Source of the DNA: Christensenella sp. UBA6345
Lineage (GTDB): Bacteria; Bacillota; Clostridia; Christensenellales; UBA1242
DNA: 64,000 nt
Assembly: GCA_002437945.1 (NCBI GenBank)
Contig: DJSB01000048.1
Span: forward strand, 5,114-69,113
Direction: 5' to 3'
In this document: piece after piece, positions 29,201 through 32,043 of the stretch
Position numbering within the stretch: the first letter of the stretch is position 1
Layout of the letters: the number at the start of each line of letters is the position of its first letter
The notes under the pieces: model-generated
Database searches by the model: none
Told to the model about the DNA's origin: nothing
The model's input: only the letters and a program-made list of their open reading frames with translations
Translations under genes and position numbers: made by a program

Positions 29201-31427
29201 ATTTCATCTTTGTATATGAAGCATTAATTGGAGAAGAATACAATTTAATTGTGTATTTACCATAAGCATTCTCTTCTTGAGTACTAATTAATCCCGAACG
29301 GTCATATAATGTGGTTACTTCTGGATTGTTTGAACTAAAATCAGACAATGGAATAGTTACATTAATTTCAACCAAGAAATATAAAGTCTTGTTTTTCTCG
29401 CCGAATTCATTATAACCAGTAATCATAACTTCAATTGTAGATTTACCAGCAATATTTTGAGTTTCAATAGAACGATAATTAGGAACTTTAACTACTCTAG
29501 AATCTGTTGTACTAATAATATGTTCAAGTCCGGTTTTGTCTAAATCATTATAAACTTTATTGTTGATTATAAATGTTACTGGAATATTTAATCCATTTCT
29601 TACAGTTATTGATGGGATTTGTCCATTTTTCTCTTCACTACCCTGAAGTTCAACACCTGCGATTTTTACACGGCTATTTTCTGTATTTAAACTTTCAAAT
29701 AATGTAACTGTAAATACTAATTCACTACCATTCTCGGCAGTAACTTTTACTGTACATACACCAATGTCGCCAAGTGGAGATAAGTTAATTGCTGTACTTG
29801 ATTGAGTATAAGTTAATAATTTACTTGCATCAACATCTCCATCTTTAACAAGTTCAACTTTTAATGTGCCAAAAGCACTTTGTTGTATACCATCAATTTT
29901 TAAAGGTCTTGATGTGTCTTTTTTAGTAACATCTAGAGCAAGTGATGGCTCGGTAGTACTTAATTCAAGTGTTTTGGTGTCAATATTAATAGGTATTTCT
30001 TTATACACTTTTGAATAAGAAACACTAGTTACAGTAAGTTTAATTGTGGTAGTAGGTGGTGTAGCAAATGTATGTGCTAGATAGTAGTCCATATTACTAT
30101 CAATTGGAGTATTAAATGGAATAGCATTATGGAATCTGTCATACAATTGAATATTATTAGCACCACTACTTAATGAAAGAACAACATCTTGGTTATTCAT
30201 GATACCAGTTTCGTTAACAACATTGATTCTAAAACGAGTACCAAATACACCAGAGTTTTCATTATAGTTAGCATATAGTCTTATTTCTTCTAATGCTTTA
30301 TTATCTGTACCATTGGTAATATTAATTTCTGTAGGGAATGATTCGCATCTAATATTTAAAGTAATTGTCTGTCTAAATGGTTCATAACCTGGGAAATCAG
30401 CACGTTCGATTATAAATGTAATTTGGGTTTTACCTTTGCCAATTGCTTTAATATCAAAAGAATTTAGTTTATTAAGTGTTTTGTCTATCTGAACAATATT
30501 ATTAATTACATTATCGTCATCTACAATAGTACCATCATCTTTCAATCCTTTAACTGTTACTTTGTAGTTGTTATTTTCGCTAGCGTTATTGTTAAAGTTG
30601 AAATATATAGTTTTTGAATATGAATCAGCAGCATTGGTTGCCATGATTAAATCAAATTCGCCATCGCTGTTTTTGTCCAATGCTATATCATCATCTGACA
30701 TATCAGGAGTACGATTATCGTACATTAATGTAATATTATTTTTAGGAACTATGGTTACAACTTTTGCATTAACAAATGAAGTAGTCAATTCTGGGTTAAC
30801 GGTAGATTTGGCTCTGATTTGAAAACTTGATAAAGTAACATCGTTAGGAACAGTTAAGTATTGCCCTTCAGTAACTACTTTAATTAATTCGTTAGGTTGG
30901 TCACCATTACTTAATTCAAGTTGAATACCATTTTGGTTAGTGCCACTAGGATTGAAAGTGATAAATTTAGAAATATCAGTTTTTTCACCTTTTAGCACTG
31001 GGATTGTTTCTTGATTAAAAGATAAAGATGTGATAGGTCTGGTTACTCTAACGTTAACTTCTTTACTTAAATTACCTTCTTTAGTCATAACGGTAATAGT
31101 AATAGGTCCACCTTGACGTGTTGCTTTAAAGTAAGCAGTACTTACACCATTTTTAACCTGTGGCTTATCGTCCACTACTTCAATAAAGTTGTTAACAGGC
31201 ATGGAAAAAGACACTGCACCATCATACCCTTTTGGCATCTTTGAAACGGAAGCAGTGATAGAGAAGACATTTTCTTCTACATTGTCTGATAAGACAACTT
31301 CAATGTCTGTATTATCAACATCTAATTTAAGTCCTTTGTACTTATCCTTACTACAGCCAGTAAATATTGCAACTGTACTTATAAGAATTAAAGTAAACAC
31401 AATCAATTTTTTTCGTATGTAACCCAT
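8211..31427 (-). CDS. giant surface lipoprotein 1 (about 7,738 aa): Ig-like arrays, 7 GLUG-repeat modules, zinc-ribbon insert, C-terminal Flg_new-type repeats
   Basis: A single 23.2-kb uninterrupted frame in AT-rich DNA, where all unexplained ORFs are 118 aa or shorter. The ORF track starts at 31436 (MKTM...), but AAGGA sits directly on that ATG. The 4th codon ATG (31427) has 8-nt SD spacing and the context ACCATGG, also seen at giant gene 2. Signal peptide MGYIRKKLIVFTLILISTVAIFTG|C ends in a lipobox. Own promoter candidate and terminator. Confidence 0.9.
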   Translation of the reverse strand: MGYIRKKLIVFTLILISTVAIFTGCSKDKYKGLKLDVDNTDIEVVLSDNVEENVFSITASVSKMPKGYDGAVSFSMPVNNFIEVVDDKPQVKNGVSTAYFKATRQGGPITITVMTKEGNLSKEVNVRVTRPITSLSFNQETIPVLKGEKTDISKFITFNPSGTNQNGIQLELSNGDQPNELIKVVTEGQYLTVPNDVTLSSFQIRAKSTVNPELTTSFVNAKVVTIVPKNNITLMYDNRTPDMSDDDIALDKNSDGEFDLIMATNAADSYSKTIYFNFNNNASENNNYKVTVKGLKDDGTIVDDDNVINNIVQIDKTLNKLNSFDIKAIGKGKTQITFIIERADFPGYEPFRQTITLNIRCESFPTEINITNGTDNKALEEIRLYANYNENSGVFGTRFRINVVNETGIMNNQDVVLSLSSGANNIQLYDRFHNAIPFNTPIDSNMDYYLAHTFATPPTTTIKLTVTSVSYSKVYKEIPINIDTKTLELSTTEPSLALDVTKKDTSRPLKIDGIQQSAFGTLKVELVKDGDVDASKLLTYTQSSTAINLSPLGDIGVCTVKVTAENGSELVFTVTLFESLNTENSRVKIAGVELQGSEEKNGQIPSITVRNGLNIPVTFIINNKVYNDLDKTGLEHIISTTDSRVVKVPNYRSIETQNIAGKSTIEVMITGYNEFGEKNKTLYFLVEINVTIPLSDFSSNNPEVTTLYDRSGLISTQEENAYGKYTIKLYSSPINASYTKMKWKCVDNYGETLEPQTSISNWDGEFYEYDKSQGATVIQYSNSEYTIIVRIIDLASAEVECYFNSATNKDYLTFRLIAKVEQSFVNEDGVQISAPKETSVRFVVNKVVKVSDYIFTNIASISNEDVLQCITCGHKVERSSITEDADFSQPQVELTCPVCGKKTTHKVIRSGYSLIEYDERDLNYANGQYNNPEAQVKVVDFDILPKNALNKNLAAECSDPALTVNVDNTNRKINITINSQLMTDNMAIIKVYALDNVDNMGSYTSYKEIKIKVNDGKTKATAYNIYTVEDLKRINSSLNSYYVLRNNIMLTDDWMPIGYVNGIVNKFTGYLSGHYEEVENDTLIFAADYSINNLRIHNDNIDYFGLFAYLGENAVIERLTINNFKIKANITRQVNIFAGALAGYSEGTIENVVVNDGSGIANITGDYYVNSSKEEPNNGIFITGSTDTSENSFYFVGGVVGFLNNTSRYSLNTSMKINGEGRNTTNGLDYKAIDTTSNYRITSNEIQKLQERAVRSYRYCGENNSDAASQMFDVTSTALINVSVKSNNIAYIGGMVGFNNRAYIHNANDNETLTNSTHVITSINSSLPEEQKINSMYASFGGVVGFNAGIVAGVTAKADIIGDYKDRQEEYYMSNVGGIVGYNTGVVKDNVSFPLLRGFTNIGGIVGKSETGIVHIVSNPDDTTKYHFVNGIGNSTSEENAKFQENFVDFNKNFKIYLENFETLSLTKSEIRQLLNSLSIDTNNVDDYVNAIGEHDDNATFAIIRITYHDLILGKSSLVSTEYDFRLGNDKGNGFTQSYYSQSITSGLAKSLSLVGTNLILNNQVQMLKLNTIDDEYKTAIIGFNGVGGVIGTYNGLVVVDSDLRIKNIYYNSDNPSSSTNVFTSVYNYISYSPISYNSVYSYNNDPITPYNVSGYGTGYYGDIIVSDAHTKSLTNDNRNFAGGIVGILNSGVVTDAQAFVDIQGHLAGLGGVVGQTKGIVQINNTSFIGTLYNNDIDKVENKATPATGGIVGDALSASNTFALIGDYISGASAKTIYSYAASQLSAMYPTAYYGDIDISLDAQKENVSQFKFINRYYNNITNSYFMAMSKYGYITTKQIPTKPDSSDTTKSSYDTTSKDNYALASGYVGEGEKQVEIKYYDRLGESKVTETVSVDMIKVNQVATAITNESDKQNQAIDLKSQISYSFNSTENNIDSILSAYIVTSGNDKNGDGLIDETDGNKLTYIQRENQLETDNRHWYINSEVNNGLPVLFGIPRVVRLNNDDYSYRVNLLVNFPPKQINIEHIKDGVRTFIASLNDNEQNKLYSIISYYELADENYVATENGQSINFGSDTKVRLLPDDEVKLINDIKSKNRYNLSDILKVSTVPSFINSNSVKITSSNTNVLSIEMNYDNTYSFVARGAGNSTLTISSAYDSDLTHVVPINVINTINKIGLTYASSGVNTTITNNKEIIIPKSTLEYPSNVAIKSNVYGNYEYKGNNVTKTFSLESNMDGGVRYYFARLDSSNNPIVKFAKDSVSNYDFISKSTAITVNDKIRKEETIGDNVVYYFDVPSTMEAKFASTETFKNVSFVAVPYVNVYDGNRLIGTSTIVDVTSNDFVLRNYRNMVSVFNVTFSDVNWALNSSVSSLTINPSTEMSFKIDIRTEKSFEELYLTYYDSDNIERTIPVSKAFGDNNKDKKILIGDIALRCTNIPKQTVNGYLSYYFDIYIDYDSKSNISQSYVKNLTFFVAKFNTSDSIIVSENGYVTNDLTDYMDNNLKAVIPVAVNPQPVNDIVLKHYPNSEVSVSYDDNNNKITNVNLNEIAYDNIIPGHVGILKAYISPEYAAYDRLEISSSVDANTVVQLEQMLANARETDYGIIYNGTYQTLLTDIIRIDNGIVLQKKSYINQNKETKYNGYIYIRTLINSFVTEANSFTLTVRAYKDGVVDPVKVKSIKLDVQSPPSLSITIDGETRGVVARGTEHEITVQTNNFDGVVNFDESYMYYYGSNDQEIRVGAYKTDFEVIYRNNKYYLYTNLNTSTKYKIALIGKVSKKINGETIIFTSNVDVRITDFLIEEITVDNVFDGYMMGIFNQPYKLIVRVNKAKYNSEIAESVKLKIAQIEAQFSKATYKDTNNGQVLASPYIWRTVDTSVIDGDSRYAKIPDANESNSDKIIANSFTIGARNDGDFGETVYTVQNTKFGSNDRLAAVVKFAYGSQDPKDKKGEVQLIPITSDSTIDTTDSSYYIIKEEICEFTFNFHRERDEDAPDPISTVEELINMEDGVDYILVNDLTLKDWTPLRSDLKINSLDGNGYVLKLESFNLDSYDESADLIEEANIGIFSRINAGTTIKNLIIEIAPTSDHIASESASYDSKYVDLYVDARAYKNVTFGILAAENAGLITNVQVTYNATELINQRVQLTGETLPTSTKTNYYSSRDLSVVRIETTTTIETQTHYMAGLVAKNLDEGDSIGTITNSSIDDISISGVGYVSGFVVENAGKISSSYFKGGNIINRVAENYNESATSGFVIYNNSTNSAIQYSYVQGRVGEGNNPEGQINSSNFPDKTGLEKDIKSSFAGYNYIHSNDPKNKPNDNVVSLRAMNAVISTKTKASAFVFENDAVVSNSYANIMVNGVDSSGFVFRNKSKGTISSCYSLSSVKTNDYSSSPFTGVSEQSTYNNDNPTGYSDTHYLKIGSAVEDSDLERQYPDNFLDTDEPATAIGSTQLFEYNTFQSYAFNTDFEKNSVDKVTRAVWFMPSLNLSTDLAKKLKHSSYIAKRPELVAANMKTISVRVWTGTSQSEKNQYEYKSSPIGSDISNPKLIKSAEEFNKYFNQEMTVDVKNKSYAVRLISDIAFNSTDLTATTYTTQYSGDLDGNGMTINELRVVCDTDFESDDAQEEINYLGLFGQIVTEPIDTMTSRRGVVRNLNLVVDDVRGSKVKYVGALAGSIENADVFNINITGKSDSAFIQGQNVVGGLAGLVIGDSQIVNITNTVNVQSAYFSSSNIFSSKNPVANKGTFNIYDRAIPVLELGQTKKDQEPVKDDGIANTNVRVVSYAGGVIGILDVDSGSNSQSKQSLFNANARKLKVHGNIRIDGEIVGGVVGLNGYTSTISDATFIIDEDVTPKLRGTRISGGIVGENRGTLQRSYIAHTKTIQDKIDAEYKKGVSVSTANPIIYSSELNYNDLFARNANYIGGVIGFNNAGTVSDSYSRINVINLNSMYAGGFTGLDISGSYESIYVTSSVKGYYSAGGLIGLATKTASESVNDPTDSGMSSTRFAMGKMNDYLFFNTSTELTDSNGSQVDLKYSESKSSIPSSNLYNIGATSRGVLTNSIISLRKVVAINIWRKEDTNIVRKNSSQSSIGDNSYIGGFIGTLLYYVKDSSALTVGGIISAAENYYPQYQYTTNKYQSGEEITNVMSEVGLVVAGLTGDPKDGYSGNDDSSKAQFADDRRLNNNSFKNAGDFGYDEQKFETASAGSKKFTYKYNRYSRRQNISSARTYKELITSLTIIDEEENAIIKSNTYGIYKSGVIDRKNDNITVPLNYESWTTNRWTGIRRETAADNATVFPYLEAKPEKTVIEVDTVEKLKLMSDFRNAEFVLMNDIDLNDEEWTPIGSVASPFRGSLYSSKDANGVYNNFKIKNLKISQVGNEVYYGLLGYTSDASFHHFGLEKVDINVSSSNLNKENDIYNNPLFIGSLVGYSDAGTKIENVNVSNVTITSKTAGAIGGLIGYSGNGSINTCTINGLQINVQGIGDISKAGDNIDKTLAYGGLAGMITASASSKYIIANSKLSRGKVGNSEIINTIPIINIDIDKGGILQQYLNNISNKSFDVGGLAGRINDSTSMANNISSNEVTIKLNVELDFANDINSIINNINIGSLAGYANKIRLTNDGGNINKLINSDEKEEKDVVVINNYKGTFNYGGAIGKLVGETLSDDAINKQVSALYAFGKIVDITINGDSDNLINNIGGAIGYVENCTLSNIYVGSSKITYNAKIINGTNNIGGAIGNVNNCQTINRVYVDGNYTINHNSETINSVYDNIGGAFGKVFMAQNVNDAYEINQVVSSVNITTNIDITGNPKPTEYVVGGLIGKLYNGIVSESVATGNIAGTCTGSKINYVGGLVGNIDLNQTLNGVKNNIVKVIKSYSTTDIDLGKIFSTGSSNFAGLIVGNITFNKDNINSKVELSNNYSIGKFLYSVENKLAYADRENKGGFIGGFTTDLPLAYISNVKNLLFYNNIYNKDFVPYGNNYGDGYSTEELLFSGENIPFKSLKFNNEFINKEVWTIINQYSYPQLTWLNKTEESIAGINIAHADGIAINLQKLGTKVNPQILDSNITNINTNITNETYIVDSTKSISGIKLTNAQIYINPNKSDLISALSIDSIDSHSLLYGLTYNNTGNYLINNNSGMVINTSINSKLININKGIVYQTTIKNPGASTEFYIVNENIQTGIIDSMSINQQNITAKSKLVSDNKGYMFRSLSKDSNVSLSSDSDNGGNNYISSYKVVSDGNNTTYTYYDGSAISYEVIRDANGSIKCNDKVVVKNGKFDLGSLTSKNNSYTANPLSHDGFDMINDWVVINSTEEKLNYSIPMLRYELADNNDSYRTNYYGDISSDYIWANKTSQNEITELAGIVKNNNKIYIVNDKNNAEDNKNSTISMSDLIKMTNIGYIENNAIDYQLATGSEKYNNSSKYFNFNYSETTDTDSRISKVSTYKYNFGVRTHYNRMVVNSEGKEFWLAEDIKLNGKLWTPVGVGYESFGIELPESNKNDEISYTSSSVHGIEYPFRGSIQGTGKTISGATVVESNRNVGIFGTVKSTSFAKNLFIKDSNFISVSENGFAVAGSIAGRAIVGSTNQAQSQLTYSVVEYIGTENADVYASNRASGLVGDLIGIKTINDKNNEKIVIRYAYVNSNVYSLDKDNSSANAFIHIGNISSNITSQNTTDITQMYIAGNIGTYSYNNGYVYTRAESSDSSKTNLIGGFVTEIPEVSRTLYAVNYRDINSMGRYFNNKITSEYLQNHDLDYFTWGTIWTRIKGTNNDYPTLKNALQYWVNDTKELAAEGNVFKVTTPQELAYIATLVNNNDSSIQNKTVVLMNDIDLGGKLWTPIGYSSTNNFSGTFNFNGKTISNITVTGAYTKVSNNETGDVVQEVNTPYMGLFGYLDQTAHITSRDINDSNKKTQGNIGQIGDNSRILGNYYVGGLVGYAKDASIENVTNNATITSSIATKDFENNKMGCGGVIGTIDNDTKGDYVFSNLINNGKITTSRNNVGGVVGVILSSNMANTKIQKCSNNGIIETTSDSIGGIAGRAIGEENSQVTIDGQLNKADSPTIVDNTALIIGHKYIGGIAGYIRDAIVVNSTNGGTIIAKDISGIEEVGEAVGGIAGYIEDSDVCEVINEGAVGAINENRKQGGIIGYAKGSGNITNLLNKNKLGVFDDKYIVNKNNNDTSRFVGYLEVGSQYKIYTGVDIASSTEGKNTVIYREGTKKVTAEDLNVDRYGQILINTTYLSNLSNLHTSVTYDGKTYVSYDQVFDQNLIWENVTSNRKNININYTINPKGTEPETKDGKYVIYNAGNLKYLSELNRKRFGIECTDKNIVFGNNISVDDHLPLGRNAYPWRTSIDGAKYTVTINSVDSSSLSMSLLGGVINSGASELIIKDIRLKYNSSITINKSSGLLLDSGTSIIISGIKILSNGGQLNINPSYGFDTFGTIAQNLYNSKVSELENYQDITINNVQKVGGLLGYMRNTLFDNCINESNISFGTTEVIGGLIGQAEGSLENGQLKFAITNSKCSNSEKNYAIKSYVDSGNASTVGGIVGLSNNYYYQKNIFGKNLEDGGKFCRRNGDLTAGTVGGIVAKSDSDLIVNCTTYGNYGNNSANVSGGIVGEVNGTGYKDNILSSVYNCTNYARVIGIYAGGIAGKAKEASFNINTNHKNGEILTDSASTGYSGGIVGYATDSQIDGCINQGYIASESFTTSVKVGGIAGESERGSLKNCTHNGYVGILAKTAPNKQAKADGYNILYFYNVLNVDNNNGGNYTTYKYEEEPHTVGDSGIKDNAYNLTYIAYSDSNTSMENNNCNVEDNNKFAVHDYFVTSGRYCTGWRLWWGGARIWADVYDYTGTLSDDGVTPFKLNDAYSEQKTPGDVNGDRKKNLEDGTQKIAYGACNFWGTINTNISVVMSFNAEPSSSFPANSDIKSYIIEFYDKTGKYPTTRKVYYDGDQITLPIMQTENSTLKVWTKDESGKREISSGEVISESNFTFTQSGNDLVCRIYAKWVDKEVMIVLDKNKDYIKNDEPDDPNTNPSIGTLFIKNNGSIDDFTFNDREDIKQQLMDTTYDKNCIYRVNPDGWYHVSISTWNYWVEWANKSTKGMSDDDEAKVKESRKMLDKYLGEDNYDRAGYADRDNKESFDNNHSRYDSTRVTTKTIFSITKETIKIDRKTEVEQTTDTYTIYPYWQRAYTVKFDLNNEKDEKPSDFDDQIIDEYSYVVKPKAIPTHRLTENEFGYWYYDDENVKFDFDNTKVTSNMTLTAKWKLREYNVKFIYGENLSLNKTLKVVHGSNVASANGYTELLSKVNIPGYTFKYWTEYGDQYNTNEPVEKDLTLKAYYEPIEYTVTFNNGTTASIKVKYNQYISVDSVPTTVKSAPVGYTTNVEYWYLDDEETAFDYENIPITGNITLNAKLIPDNVVITYHYVDMNNQAIIENVTDNSLLFGSIFKETHANEFIKDIDGYRFTGFYSDSNTPYDFEQEINSTKLDVYLKYIRTYNVTFIADSKYASDGVAVNKTIKVDKGGKIKDSDIPNNFIPTDKSYWLTDNNDPNTDISIDTINITSDITVYYYATYKVNIVYTIDESTGIFDTQYVEVGGSATKPTKDVEIISGYRFDNYYADESFTTLYDFDEKISTCDKKIYMKYIKLVTITYMSYDAGSSSYYTGDYTDTSDSEHKKLSMTIDIDTTIDDYEGKFIQFYANDGIKVTWYILEEDGSYTEITVDDGSSIEDKIKSMKISKDTTFVFKIESTGA
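8214..9897 (-). repeat. C-terminal array of 7 tandem repeats of about 75-80 aa, Listeria-Bacteroides (Flg_new / InlB-B-like) type
   Basis: Each unit starts Y(T/N/K)V.F and carries the signature G(Y/F).F.(G/Y)W(Y), then a few residues, F(D), and ...(I/V).....TL.A.(W/Y). Examples: AYTVKFDLNN...NEFGYWYYDDENVKFDFDNTKVTSNMTLTAKWK; YNVKFIYGE...IPGYTFKYWTEYGDQYNTNEPVEKDLTLKAYYE; DGYRFTGFYSDSNTPYDFEQEINSTKLDVYLKY; SGYRFDNYYADESFTTLYDFDEKISTCDKKIYMKY. An eighth, isolated unit lies at about 10450-10700 (YIIEFYDKTG...LKVWTKDESGKREI...CRIYAKWV). Confidence 0.7.
11230..12572 (-). repeat. giant protein 1, GLUG-repeat module G (approximate boundaries)
   Basis: Head: YVIYNAGNLKYLSELN...NIVFGNNISVDDHLPLGRNAYPWRTSIDGAKYTVTINSV. 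Repeats: KVGGLLGYMRNT, VIGGLIGQAEGS, TVGGIVGLSNN, VSGGIVGEVNG, YAGGIAGKAKEA, YSGGIVGYATDSQIDGC, KVGGIAGESERGSLKNC. Confidence 0.5.
12640..14085 (-). repeat. giant protein 1, GLUG-repeat module F (approximate boundaries)
   Basis: Head: FKVTTPQELAYIATLVNNNDSSIQNKTVVLMNDIDLGGKLWTPIGYSSTNNFSGTFNFNGKTISNITV. Repeats: YVGGLVGYAKDASIENV, NVGGVVGVILS, SIGGIAGRAIGE, YIGGIAGYIRDA, AVGGIAGYIEDS, KQGGIIGYAKGS. Confidence 0.55.
14130..15065 (-). repeat. giant protein 1, short GLUG-repeat module E (approximate boundaries)
   Basis: Head: FWLAEDIKLNGKLWTPVGVGYESF...YPFRGSIQGTGKTISGATVVE. Repeats: VAGSIAGRAIVG, RASGLVGDLIG, LIGGFVTEI. Tail: WGTIWTRIKGTNNDYPTLKN. Confidence 0.45.
16381..18540 (-). repeat. giant protein 1, GLUG-repeat module D (approximate boundaries)
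   Basis: Head: IEVDTVEKLKLMSDFRNAEFVLMNDIDLNDEEWTPIGSVASPFRGSLYSS...NFKIKNLKIS. At least 12 repeats, e.g. AIGGLIGYSGNGSINTC, DVGGLAGRINDS, NIGGAIGYVENCTLSNIYV, NIGGAIGNVNNCQTINRVYV, VVGGLIGKLYNGIVSESVA, YVGGLVGNID. Tail: VWTIINQYSYPQLTW. Confidence 0.55.
18545..20815 (-). repeat. giant protein 1, GLUG-repeat module C (approximate boundaries)
   Basis: Head: PKLIKSAEEFNKYF...YSGDLDGNGMTINELRVV. Repeats: VVGGLAGLVIGDSQI, YAGGVIGILD, IVGGVVGLNGYTSTISDA, ISGGIVGENRGTLQRSYI, YIGGVIGFNNAGTVSDSYS, SAGGLIGLATK, YIGGFIGTLLY. Tail: NRWTGIRRETAADNATVFPYLEAKP. Confidence 0.55.
20985..22460 (-). repeat. giant protein 1, module B, variant (S/A)GFV-type repeats (approximate boundaries)
   Basis: Head: PISTVEELINMEDGVDYILVNDLTLKDWTPLRSDLKINSLDGNGYVLKLESFNL. 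Repeats: MAGLVAKNLDEGDSIGTITNSSI, YVSGFVVENAGKISSSYF, ATSGFVIYNNSTNSAIQYSYV, ASAFVFENDAVVSNSYA, DSSGFVFRNKSKGTISSCYS. Tail: RAVWFMPSLNL. Confidence 0.5.
22470..25440 (-). other. giant protein 1, central array of Ig-like / beta-sandwich domains (approximate)
   Basis: No GLUG motifs in this stretch. Big_2-like stretches are present, e.g. VKITSSNTNVLSIEMNYDNTYSFVARGAGNSTLTISSAYDSDLTHVVPINVI and ITIDGETRGVVARGTEHEITVQTNNF. Colinear with 41260-43985 of giant gene 2. Confidence 0.45.
25443..28380 (-). repeat. giant protein 1, GLUG-repeat module A (approximate boundaries)
   Basis: Head: YNIYTVEDLKRINSSLNSYYVLRNNIMLTDDWMPIGYVNGIVNKFTGYLSGHY. Repeats: FVGGVVGFLNNTS, YIGGMVGFNNRAYIHNA, FGGVVGFNAGIVAGV, NVGGIVGYNTGVVKDNVS, NIGGIVGKSETGIV, FAGGIVGILNSGVVTDA, LGGVVGQTKGIV. 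Tail: RHWYINSEVNNGLPVLFGIP (25443-25470). Confidence 0.55.
28400..31350 (-). other. giant protein 1, N-terminal array of Ig-like (Big_2-type) domains (approximate)
   Basis: Examples: GGPITITVMTKEGNLSKEVNVRVTRPITSLSFNQETIPVLKGEKTDISKFITFNPSGTNQNGIQLE; FDIKAIGKGKTQITFII; GVCTVKVTAENGSELVFTVTL. These show the typical alternating beta-strand pattern and the G.G.a.it motifs of bacterial Ig-like domains. Confidence 0.5.
28731..28823 (-). other. CxxC-x23-CxxC zinc-ribbon-like insert in giant protein 1 (ORF residues 872-902)
   Basis: Translation: LQ-C-IT-C-GHKVERSSITEDADFSQPQVELT-C-PV-C-GKKTTHKV. Codon positions checked in frame: Cys codons at 28823-28821, 28814-28812, 28742-28740 and 28733-28731. 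Cys is otherwise very rare in this protein, and no counterpart was noticed in giant protein 2. Confidence 0.6.
31353..31427 (-). other. lipoprotein signal peptide of giant protein 1 (lipobox F-T-G-C, Cys codon 31355-31353)
   Basis: MGYIRKK (positive n-region), LIVFTLILISTVAIF (h-region), TG|C. Matches the [LVI/F][ASTVI][GAS]C signal peptidase II pattern. Confidence 0.75.
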
Positions 31428-31529
31428 GGTTTTCATCCTTAAAATTTAATATAGTTTTTGTTAATTTTTATCTTTTAATGCAATTATATTAAATATATAA
31501 TTATATATAATATAATTACTCCTAGCAAT

Positions 31530-31559
31530 ATTATATATTTTATATCTACTATTAGTCAA
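31530..31559 (-). promoter_or_regulatory. candidate sigma-A promoter of giant gene 1: TTGACT - 18 nt - TATAAT
   Basis: Minus strand reads TTGACT (31559-31554), 18-nt spacer, TATAAT (31535-31530), about 100 nt upstream of the ATG at 31427. The surrounding DNA is extremely AT-rich, so specificity is low. Confidence 0.3.
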
Positions 31560-32010
31560 ATATAATACTATAATAATCCTAAATATTGCGGATTTTTTAA
31601 ATAAAATTTTTTATCAATTTTAATATAAAAATACAACAAAATTGTTAACATTTTTATTTATATCAACATAAAAAATAGTCAAAAAACACTTAAATTTTTT
31701 AACAACAACAATACAAATTTTTTAAAAAAATAAGTAAAATTTAACATTAAAAATAGCATAAAAATACAACAAAAAATCAATAAAATTTTAATAAAAATAA
31801 TATGTGTATTCGTATTATTTTTAGTTAATAAAACACACTCTTTCAATGCGGGGAAAAAGAATAAAAACACAAATAAAAATCAGTAAAATAATGCTTAAAC
31901 AGCATATAATTTTACTTAAAAATAGTGTGATTTTTAACAGTATAATTTTTATTAAATATTTTTGATTTTAATTAAATATTTTAGTATTTAACAATATTAA
32001 TAGAAGCAAT

Positions 32011-32039
32011 AAAAAAGTGCGTAAAATACGCACTTTTTT
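32011..32039 (-). terminator. rho-independent terminator of giant gene 2 (bidirectional shape)
   Basis: AAAAA-AGTGCGT-AAAAT-ACGCACT-TTTTT: a perfect 7-8 bp GC-containing stem that begins 4 nt after the stop codon (32044-32046). T-runs follow on both strands. Confidence 0.8.
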
Positions 32040-32043
32040 ATTG

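Noticed and set aside
31400-31436. An A7 tract (CGAAAAAAATTG) at codons 8-10 of giant gene 1, and the upstream in-frame ATGs of both giant genes, as possible slipped-strand phase-variation switches
   Set aside because: A 7-nt homopolymer is short and common in DNA of this composition. Giant gene 2 has only A5 at the same place. The extra upstream ATGs are explained by SD sequences lying inside them. Phase variation would need read-level length heterogeneity to be claimed.
31679-31870. 63-aa ORF in the AT-rich spacer between the giant genes
   Set aside because: It starts at a GTG without an SD. The translation is poly-Phe/Leu/Lys (a T-rich strand artefact), and it overlaps the A-tract and repeat region better explained as regulatory DNA.
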